Source of the DNA: Ardenticatenales bacterium
GTDB lineage: Bacteria > Chloroflexota > Anaerolineae > Ardenticatenales > Ardenticatenaceae
DNA: 24,000 bases
Assembly (NCBI GenBank): GCA_020634795.1
Contig: JACKAZ010000006.1
Span: 76,376-100,375, forward strand
Direction of reading: 5' to 3'
Shown here: in pieces, positions 8,697 through 15,132 of the stretch
Layout: each line of letters opens with the position of its first letter
Position numbering within the stretch: the first letter of the stretch is position 1
Translations under genes and position numbers: made by a program
The notes under the pieces: model-generated
What the model saw: the letters and a program-made list of their open reading frames with translations, nothing else
Told to the model about the DNA's origin: nothing
The model's database searches: none

Positions 8697-9802
8697 GCGA
8701 GCAGAAAAAGATTCGGGTGGGCGTGGTCTTCGGGGGGCGCAGCGGCGAACACGAAGTCTCCATCGCCAGTGCGCGGGGCATCATGGCCGCGCTCAACCCG
8801 TCCCAGTTCGAGGTGACACCCATCGGCATCACCAAGGCGGGGCGCTGGTTGACCGAGGGCAACCCGATGAAGCAACTGAGCCGGGGCAACGCCGACCGCA
8901 ACGGCAGTTCGTCGCTCGCCCTGCACAGTGGCAGCAGCGCCCCCCTTGAGCAGATCGACGTGATCTTCCCCGTACTGCACGGCCCCTTCGGCGAAGATGG
9001 CACGATTCAAGGGATGTTGGAGATGGCGGGCCTGCCCTATGTCGGCAGCGGCGTGGCGGGGTCGGCGGTCGGCATGGACAAGATTCTGATGAAAGGCATC
9101 TTCATCGCGGCGGGGCTGCCGGTGCTGCCCTATGTCGCGGTCAACCGGCGCGACTGGGAACATCAGCCCGACGACCTGCTCGACCGCATCGAACGACAGT
9201 TGGCCTACCCGCTCTTTGTCAAACCGGCCAACATGGGCAGCAGTGTGGGCATCTCGAAGTGTCGCGACCGCGATGACTTGCGTACGGGGCTGACGGCTGC
9301 GGCCCGCTACGACCGTCGGCTGCTGGTGGAACAGGGTCTCGACCGTCCGCGCGAGCTGGAAGTGGCGGTTTTGGGCAACGATGCACCCCAGGCCAGCGTC
9401 GTCGGGGAGATCGTGCCCCACGATCGGTATGACTTCTACGACTACGAATCGAAATATACCGAGGCGCAGGCCGATCTGCTGATCCCCGCGCCGCTGGACG
9501 AGCCGTTGAGCGACGAGATTCGCCGCTTGGCCATCCTCGCCTTCCAGGCGCTGGATGTGGCGGGGCTGAGCCGCGTCGATTTCCTGCTCGACCGCGAGAG
9601 TGGCGGCCTCTATCTGAACGAGATCAACACGATGCCGGGCTTCACGCCCACCAGCATGTACCCGTTGTTGTGGGAAGCGAGTGGCCTTCCCTACGGTGAT
9701 CTGCTGGCCGAGCTGATCCGACTGGGGTTGGAACGCCACCACGAGAACGAACGCTCCCATCTGGCCGAGGGCCATGACTATCCGGAAGCAGAGGCAGGAT
9801 GA
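8693..9802 (+). CDS. ddl: D-alanine--D-alanine ligase Ddl
   Basis: MSEQKKIRVGVVFGGRSGEHEVSIASA N-terminus, ATP-grasp body (FVKPANMGSSVGISK, EINTMPGFT). ATG 8693 overlaps the murB stop (ATGA). The ORF-track start at 8240 lies inside murB. Confidence 0.93.
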   Translation: MSEQKKIRVGVVFGGRSGEHEVSIASARGIMAALNPSQFEVTPIGITKAGRWLTEGNPMKQLSRGNADRNGSSSLALHSGSSAPLEQIDVIFPVLHGPFGEDGTIQGMLEMAGLPYVGSGVAGSAVGMDKILMKGIFIAAGLPVLPYVAVNRRDWEHQPDDLLDRIERQLAYPLFVKPANMGSSVGISKCRDRDDLRTGLTAAARYDRRLLVEQGLDRPRELEVAVLGNDAPQASVVGEIVPHDRYDFYDYESKYTEAQADLLIPAPLDEPLSDEIRRLAILAFQALDVAGLSRVDFLLDRESGGLYLNEINTMPGFTPTSMYPLLWEASGLPYGDLLAELIRLGLERHHENERSHLAEGHDYPEAEAG

Positions 9803-10611
9803 GCCGTCGCACGAGCAAGCCAAGTTGGAGTGAGCGACTCTTTGGGCAGGGTAGCCCGCGCAAGGGGCAGCGCTCCCAGCGGCAGCGCAAAGCGGTCGTG
9901 GCGTCATCCGGCGGGGCAGGCCGCAACCGGCTGCTGCTCGCTTTGATTCTGGCGGGCGCGCTCCTGTACCTGATGTTCGGCACTTCGTGGTTCTACATTT
10001 ACGAGCTTGAACTGGATGGGGCGCGGCTGCTCGGGCAAGAGGAAGCGTACAACCGCTCGCAGTTGGAGGGGTGGAGCCTGTTCTGGCTGAACCCCACTTC
10101 GGTCGCGGCCCGCCTGAAAGAAGACCCATTGATTTTGGATGCGTTGGTCTCGCCCAAGCCACCGAACGGGGTACGGATTCAGGTGCAAGAACGGCTACCG
10201 GTCGCGGTCTGGCAGTCGCAGGGGCAGAGCTACTTCGTCGATGGCGAGGGCGTGCTCTTTGCCCTACGCGGTGACGCCCGTCGCCACATCGTGGTGCGCG
10301 ATCTCGGCGATGGCGCGGTGCAAGTCGGGGAGCGGGTCGATGTCAACGCGCTGCAGGCCGCCCGCGAATTGACACGGTGGATGCCCGAGCGGCGGGCATG
10401 GGATTGGGCGGCGGGCGAAGGCATCTCGTTCCTGAGCGACGAGGGCTGGCGCGTGGTGCTGGGTGACCAGAGCCAAATCGCCACCAAGGTTCGCGCCTAC
10501 CGCGCCTTCCGTGACCAACAGCAGGAGAGTGAAGGTCCGGCCATCGTGCTGCTGGATGTGAGCGTACCCGAACACGCCTACTTTCGCACCAACACGGCGA
10601 TCGTGGAATAG
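9799..10611 (+). CDS. ftsQ: cell division protein FtsQ (POTRA domain)
   Basis: Basic cytoplasmic N-terminus, a single TM segment (LLLALILAGALLYLMF), a POTRA-like segment (IYELELDGARLL...), and a position between ddl and ftsA. ATG 9799 overlaps the ddl stop (ATGA). Confidence 0.85.
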   Translation: MSRRTSKPSWSERLFGQGSPRKGQRSQRQRKAVVASSGGAGRNRLLLALILAGALLYLMFGTSWFYIYELELDGARLLGQEEAYNRSQLEGWSLFWLNPTSVAARLKEDPLILDALVSPKPPNGVRIQVQERLPVAVWQSQGQSYFVDGEGVLFALRGDARRHIVVRDLGDGAVQVGERVDVNALQAARELTRWMPERRAWDWAAGEGISFLSDEGWRVVLGDQSQIATKVRAYRAFRDQQQESEGPAIVLLDVSVPEHAYFRTNTAIVE

Positions 10612-10816
10612 CGCAAGGGTTGCGAGTTAGTGAGTTAACTGAGTTTGGAATCATTGCAGTGCTGGCGTACCGGAGTGAGTACAGTGACGACACCTTCCTT
10701 TGTAAATCTAAGTGGAAGCAAAGTAATTCTCTATCTTCATTCGCTTCTTGCCTACGACAATTAATGAATTTAATCGCAACGAAACCAAATCTTTTCAAAC
10801 GACGAGGATGTGACCC

Positions 10817-12058
10817 ATGAAACGAGTCACTGGGTTAGATATCGGAACCACGAAAATAGCCTGCTTGGTCGGTGAGCGGGACGAGCGGGGGCGGACCCAT
10901 CTGCTGGGCCATGCTGTCGTGCCGTCGCACGGCATCAAGAAGGGGGTGATCGTGGACGTGCAGGAAGCGGTCAACTGCATCCAGCAGGCGGTGACCGAGG
11001 CCGAGCAGAGCGCGGGCCACGAGATCGAAGATGTTCTGGTCGGCGTCGCGGGCAGCCATATCCGCGCCATGAACAGCCGCGGCACCACCACGGTGATCGA
11101 TCACGGCCAACGGATCGCCCCCCGGGATGTGCGCGGCGCGCTGGAAGCGGCACGGGCCATCGCCATCCCCCATTCGCAAGAGGTGATCCACGTCGTGCCA
11201 CGCGGCTACTGGATCGACGGCTCGAACGGGGTGCGCGACCCCATCGGACTACATGGCTATCGGCTCGATGTGGAAGCGCACATCGTGACCGCGGCCAGCA
11301 ACGCGCTGAAAACCTACGAGCGGGTCTGCGAGGAGGCGGGGCTGTCGGCGCGGGCCTTCGTGCTGGAACCGCTGGCCAGCGGCGAGGCCGTGCTGACCGA
11401 AGATGAACGGGAGATGGGCGTCGTGCTGGTCGATATCGGCGGCGGCACGACCGATGTGTCGATCTTTTTGGAAGGGGCTGTCTGGCACACCGCCTCGATT
11501 CCGGTCGGGGGCAATCACCTGTCGCACGACTTGGCGGTGGCGCTGCAATGTCCGCTGCCGGTCGCGGAGGAGATCAAGAAGCGGTACGGTTATGCCGCCG
11601 CTGACCGACAGTTGGAGGATGGCCCCATTGATTTGGCAGGTTTTGGCGACAGCGCGCAGCACGCGCCCACGCGACGCGAGATCGCGGAGGTGTTGAGCTA
11701 CCGCGTCGCCGACATCTTTGACCTGATCCAACTGGAGATGAAACGGAGCGCCTACGATGGTTTGCTGCCAGCGGGCCTCGTCTTTTGCGGCGGGTCGGCA
11801 CAGTTGACCGGACTGAAAGAAGCGGGGCGCGACTTCTTCGAGCTGCCCGTGCGCGTGGCAGCGCCCCACGGGCCAAGCGGCATGGCCGACATGCTGCGCA
11901 ACCCCGCCTACGCCACCAGCGTGGGGCTGCTGGAATGGGGATTTCACCATGATGACAGCTCACCGAATCAGCCGCTGGCCCGCCGCAACGGGGCACGCAG
12001 CGGTGAGTCGTGGACGCAACAGCTCAGGCAGTTGCTGCGTTCCCTACTGCCGAATTAA
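10817..12058 (+). CDS. ftsA: cell division protein FtsA (actin-like ATPase)
   Basis: GLDIGTTKIACLVGE phosphate-1 motif, VDIGGGTTDVSIF phosphate-2 motif, GGSAQLTGL adenosine motif. GAGGA lies 8 nt upstream of the ATG. Confidence 0.93.
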   Translation: MKRVTGLDIGTTKIACLVGERDERGRTHLLGHAVVPSHGIKKGVIVDVQEAVNCIQQAVTEAEQSAGHEIEDVLVGVAGSHIRAMNSRGTTTVIDHGQRIAPRDVRGALEAARAIAIPHSQEVIHVVPRGYWIDGSNGVRDPIGLHGYRLDVEAHIVTAASNALKTYERVCEEAGLSARAFVLEPLASGEAVLTEDEREMGVVLVDIGGGTTDVSIFLEGAVWHTASIPVGGNHLSHDLAVALQCPLPVAEEIKKRYGYAAADRQLEDGPIDLAGFGDSAQHAPTRREIAEVLSYRVADIFDLIQLEMKRSAYDGLLPAGLVFCGGSAQLTGLKEAGRDFFELPVRVAAPHGPSGMADMLRNPAYATSVGLLEWGFHHDDSSPNQPLARRNGARSGESWTQQLRQLLRSLLPN

Positions 12059-12187
12059 GGAGGTGAGCAACTGAACGATCGGATAGATCCGACGGACGCT
12101 GGCGCTGCACCCTATCGACAACTCTCATTTTCAGACGTAGCTATCAGACCAACCGAATTTCACGATCAGACCCCCCCAGGAGGAACT

Positions 12188-13336
12188 ATGTACGGATACA
12201 ACGACCGCTCAACGAAAGGAATCGATGTGGAGAACTTTGCCAATATCAAGGTGATTGGCGTGGGTGGCGGCGGCTCGAACGCGGTCAACCGCATGATTTT
12301 GGAAGGCATTCATGGCGTGGATTTCATCGCACTGAACACCGATGCCCAAGCGTTAATGCTTTCCGATGCCCCCCACCGCATCCGCATCGGGGACAAGCTG
12401 ACGCGCGGTCTGGGTGCGGGGGGGAACCCCGAGATCGGCATGAAAGCGGCCGAAGAGAGCGAAGATGAGCTGCGGGAAGCGCTGAACGGCGCGGATATGG
12501 TTTTCATCACCGCAGGGCTGGGCGGCGGCACCGGCACGCTGGCCTCGTCGGTGGTGGCGCGCGTCGCCCGCGAAGCCGGCGCCCTGACGATCGGTGTGGT
12601 GACGCGTCCCTTCACCTTCGAGGGCAACCGCCGTGCCGAAAACGCGCGCGTCGGGCTGCAAGCGTTGCAGGACATGGTGGACACGCTGATCGTGATTCCC
12701 AACGACCGACTGCTCCAGATCGTTGATAAGCGCGTGTCGATGCAGGAAGCTTTCCGCACGGCGGACGACGTGCTGCGGCAGGGGATCCAAGGCATTTCGG
12801 AGCTGATCACGAAGCCAGGCTTGATCAACTTGGACTTCTCCGACGTGCGCTCGATCATGGAGCACGGCGGCGCGGCCTTGATGGCGGTGGGGATCGGCAA
12901 GGGCGAAAATCGCGCCATCGATGCCGCCAACATGGCGATCTCCAGCCCGCTGCTGGACATCACGATCGATGGGGCGCAGGGCGTGCTCTTCAACATCACG
13001 GGCGGCAGCGACCTCAGCCTGTTCGAGGTCAACGAAGCGGCGGAGATCATCCGCAGCACGACCGACCCCAACGCCAACATCATCTTTGGCGCGGTGGTCG
13101 ATCCGGAGATGCAAGACGAACTGCAGATCACGGTCATCGCCACCGGCTTCAACAAAGAGAACAGCCCGCGCAGCCAGCCGCGCACGGTCGCAACGCCGCG
13201 CCCCGCCACTGCCGCGAATCAAGCGTCGGCGGTGGCAGCCAGCAGCGCAACCGCCCGCAACGACAAGCGCGACTTCCCGGTCCGCAGCTTCGACCGCGAA
13301 GATCTGGACATTCCGGCCTTCCTGCGCCGTCGCTAG
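12188..13336 (+). CDS. ftsZ: cell division GTPase FtsZ
   Basis: [13 protein letters not shown] and tubulin signature GGGTGT(L), NTDAQAL, and the C-terminal conserved peptide [16 protein letters not shown] (12178-12184) lies just upstream of the ATG. Confidence 0.97.
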   Translation: MYGYNDRSTKGIDVENFANIKVIGVGGGGSNAVNRMILEGIHGVDFIALNTDAQALMLSDAPHRIRIGDKLTRGLGAGGNPEIGMKAAEESEDELREALNGADMVFITAGLGGGTGTLASSVVARVAREAGALTIGVVTRPFTFEGNRRAENARVGLQALQDMVDTLIVIPNDRLLQIVDKRVSMQEAFRTADDVLRQGIQGISELITKPGLINLDFSDVRSIMEHGGAALMAVGIGKGENRAIDAANMAISSPLLDITIDGAQGVLFNITGGSDLSLFEVNEAAEIIRSTTDPNANIIFGAVVDPEMQDELQITVIATGFNKENSPRSQPRTVATPRPATAANQASAVAASSATARNDKRDFPVRSFDREDLDIPAFLRRR

Positions 13337-13365
13337 TCCTTTCGCTCGACCTCCCATCAACCGAA

Positions 13366-13397
13366 CAGCGCCCCGCGGCTTTTGTCGCGGGGCGCTG
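13366..13397 (+). terminator. perfect 12-bp GC hairpin 30 nt after the ftsZ stop (CAGCGCCCCGCG-gcttttgt-CGCGGGGCGCTG)
   Basis: Stem and loop read directly. No U-tract follows on either strand, so it is either a non-canonical terminator or an RNA-stability hairpin. Confidence 0.5.
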
Positions 13398-13403
13398 CCG
13401 CGT

Positions 13404-13466
13404 AGAGGAGCTTGGGGAGCTTGGGGAGCTAGAGGAGCTGGGGGAGCTGGGGGAGCTAAGGGGACC
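13404..13466 (+). repeat. tandem 9-mer array, 7 units of (K/A)GRGGAGCT, G-rich on the + strand
   Basis: AGAGGAGCT TGGGGAGCT TGGGGAGCT AGAGGAGCT GGGGGAGCT GGGGGAGCT AAGGGGACC. Confidence 0.95.
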
Positions 13467-13587
13467 GTTGATTTGCAAAGCGATGGAAATGCCATGGGCT
13501 TTGCACGTTCCCCGATTCACCATACGTCATAGAAGTACACGCTACCCACCCTCGATGGCGGAGCGGTTGTACCCGTGGCACCCCACC

Positions 13588-13608
13588 CCATTCGCCATTC
13601 GCCATTCG
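13588..13608. repeat. tandem heptamer (CCATTCG) x3
   Basis: Read directly. Related GATTCGC-type heptamers occur at 13619-13627 and 22774-22800. Confidence 0.9.
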
Positions 13609-13745
13609 GCGCTCAATGCGCGATTCGCACCCTATTCCCTGAACAGGGTGCGCGCATGCGTTGTGTAAGCCAAGCGTTTGCCGCCCGTTATCAGCCCGTG
13701 GCGTGTGGCGTGTCCAACAGGTCGGTTCAAAGATGGCGCCATGCC

Positions 13746-13835
13746 TGCTCCCCCAACTCCCCTAGCTCCCCCAACTCCCCTAGCTCCCCTAGCTCCCCCA
13801 GCTCGCCCAACTCCCCCAACTCCCCCAGCTCCCTC
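13746..13835 (-). repeat. tandem 9-mer array, 10 units of ARCTCCCCY, the reverse complement of the 13404-13466 unit
   Basis: TGCTCCCCC AACTCCCCT AGCTCCCCC AACTCCCCT AGCTCCCCT AGCTCCCCC AGCTCGCCC AACTCCCCC AACTCCCCC AGCTCCCTC. Confidence 0.95.
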
Positions 13836-13917
13836 CGCGCCCTCTTTTGGGGGATCGCGCTTCTCTAGAACGCGACACCCCTCGTGCGTACACCCCCGCG
13901 AACGCATCCTGTCGAGA

Positions 13918-13952
13918 TGTACATTTTGAAATCTTAAAATTCTTGTATTTGT
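13918..13952. other. 35-nt AT-rich tract (7 G/C of 35, 20% GC), a candidate DNA-unwinding element
   Basis: TGTACATTTTGAAATCTTAAAATTCTTGTATTTGT, counted by hand. The surrounding DNA is above 60% GC. Confidence 0.4.
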
Positions 13953-13983
13953 CCCCAATCCATCGTACGTCGATAGACGTTGG

Positions 13984-14110
13984 TTATCCACACGCACTAA
14001 AGAGGGATGCACAATAATGCACCGTTTTTGTGGGGTTGCTGGCCCGTTTTCCCCATACGGCAGGTAGTTTTCCCCACCAAATCGAGGGTTTTTCCACAAG
14101 CTTCTCCACA
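13984..14110 (+). promoter_or_regulatory. cluster of five co-oriented DnaA-box-like 9-mers
   Basis: TTATCCACA 13984-13992 (9/9 to the E. coli-type consensus), TTTTCCCCA 14047-14055 (7/9), TTTTCCCCA 14068-14076 (7/9), TTTTCCACA 14090-14098 (8/9), TTCTCCACA 14102-14110 (8/9). Confidence 0.5.
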
Positions 14111-14172
14111 GCCGAGCGCCCCCCACGTCGGTTTGTGTCAGACGGCTGGCTATGTTACACTTCTGCTCCGTT

Positions 14173-14220
14173 TTCCGCTATCTAGTGTCTCTTGACAAGA
14201 GACACCACTAGATATAGTAT
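14173..14220 (+). promoter_or_regulatory. predicted nrdR-nrdJ promoter (TTGACA-17 nt-TAGTAT) overlapped by two NrdR boxes
   Basis: -35 TTGACA at 14192-14197 and -10 TAGTAT at 14215-14220 (or TATAGT at 14213-14218). NrdR box 2 CCACTAGATATAGTAT (14205-14220) matches 13/16 of acaCwAtATaTwGtgt. Box 1 TTCCGCTATCTAGTGT (14173-14188) matches 10/16. The box centres are 32 bp apart. Confidence 0.6.
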
Positions 14221-14512
14221 TCTCATGCGCTCGGCACGGCAGATGTAGCCCTTGCACGTTCGCCTCGCGAGGGCGATGCCGCCCCAACGCTTTGCCGCGC
14301 CCCACCGCGTGAACGCTTTGCCGGACCCCTGCCTTAGCCTGGCTCTTTCACAGGGTTAGCATCGCCCCCCTGCCCCGCCACGCGCGGCCCCACGCGGTGA
14401 ACGCTTTGGCGAAAGCGTGGTGAACACTAGGCTGGGCCTGGTGGTCGTCCATGCTGTTGTCGTTGTCGACCTATTATGAACGCCGAGTCCGAGATTCGTT
14501 TGGAGTCACTCA

Positions 14513-15001
14513 ATGCAATGCCCCTACTGCCAACACGAGCAGAACCGTGTGCTCGATACCCGCACCGTCGGTGACGGCATCCGTCGCCGGCGCGAATGCC
14601 AACGCTGCAGCGAACGCTTCACCACCTACGAGCGGGTGGCTCGCGCCCCCCTGATGATCGTGAAACGGGACGGTCGACGTGAAGAGTTCGATCAAGACAA
14701 GCTCTTTGTCGGGCTGAAGAAAGCCTGCACCAAGCGTCCCGTCTCCATCAAAAGCCTTGATCAGATCGTCGATCAGATCGAAGGCGAATTGTACGGCCTC
14801 GGTCAGAGCGAAATCCCCGCCGACTTGATCGGCGAGCGGGTGATGAATGCGCTGATGGAGTTGGACGAGGTCGCCTATGTCCGCTTCGCCAGTGTCTACC
14901 GCCGCTTTGCCGATCTGGAAAGTTTGGCCGACGAAATCCAGAAGCTGAAGGCGCAGAAAGCCCTCGACGCTGAGCGCAAACGCCAGATGGCGCTGTTGTA
15001 G
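14513..15001 (+). CDS. nrdR: transcriptional repressor NrdR (zinc ribbon + ATP-cone)
   Basis: MQCPYCQ...RRRECQRCSERFTTYE zinc ribbon followed by an ATP-cone (VKRDGRREEFDQDKL...VAYVRFASVYRRF). GGAG lies 7 nt upstream of the ATG. Confidence 0.96.
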   Translation: MQCPYCQHEQNRVLDTRTVGDGIRRRRECQRCSERFTTYERVARAPLMIVKRDGRREEFDQDKLFVGLKKACTKRPVSIKSLDQIVDQIEGELYGLGQSEIPADLIGERVMNALMELDEVAYVRFASVYRRFADLESLADEIQKLKAQKALDAERKRQMALL

Positions 15002-15132
15002 ATCGCCTGCGCCATGACCATCACCTTCCTCATTCAACAATAAATTTTGCTGCGCGGCGGCGCCCTTGGGTGCTGTCGCGTAGTCATTTAATAGCTATCA
15101 CCGTCGATTACCATTCAGAAGGAGCCGCCCCC

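Noticed and set aside
8456-10162. 568-aa minus-strand ORF antisense to murB/ddl/ftsQ
   Set aside because: Same reasoning: it is antisense to three motif-supported genes, has a biased composition and no domain signature.
10748-10776. Sigma70-type promoter in the ftsQ-ftsA spacer (TTGCCT ... TTTAAT/TAATCG)
   Set aside because: The spacer lengths (15 nt) or hexamer matches (2/6) are poor, so the evidence is insufficient to annotate it.
10620-10820. 66-aa + strand ORF in the ftsQ-ftsA spacer
   Set aside because: It has a non-ATG start, no RBS, overlaps the ftsA start and has AT-rich composition. It is more likely regulatory DNA than coding.
13575-14126. ORFs 13575-13868 (+, SPNSPSSPSS repeats) and 13632-14126 (-, GGARGARGVGG repeats)
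   Set aside because: Both owe their length to the 9-mer tandem array read in frame. They lack RBS, plausible starts and any non-repeat domain.
14029-14179. Additional weak DnaA-box-like sites (TGTGGGGTT 14029-14037 on the minus sense; TTTTCCGCT 14171-14179)
   Set aside because: They match the consensus at only 5/9 and 6/9 positions, which is within what chance gives, so they are not counted in the cluster.
14225-14248. 7-codon upstream ORF (MRSARQM) at the start of the nrd leader
   Set aside because: It has no Shine-Dalgarno and no regulatory codon bias. It is too close to the predicted transcription start to be meaningful without data.
14221-14512. Cobalamin riboswitch in the nrdR-nrdJ leader
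   Set aside because: I found no B12-box-like sequence. B12 riboswitches normally repress B12-independent RNRs rather than the B12-dependent class II enzyme.
15091-15098. ATAGCTAT palindrome between nrdR and nrdJ as a third NrdR box
   Set aside because: Extending it to 16 bp gives very poor agreement with acaCwAtATaTwGtgt; the flanks lack ACAC/GTGT.
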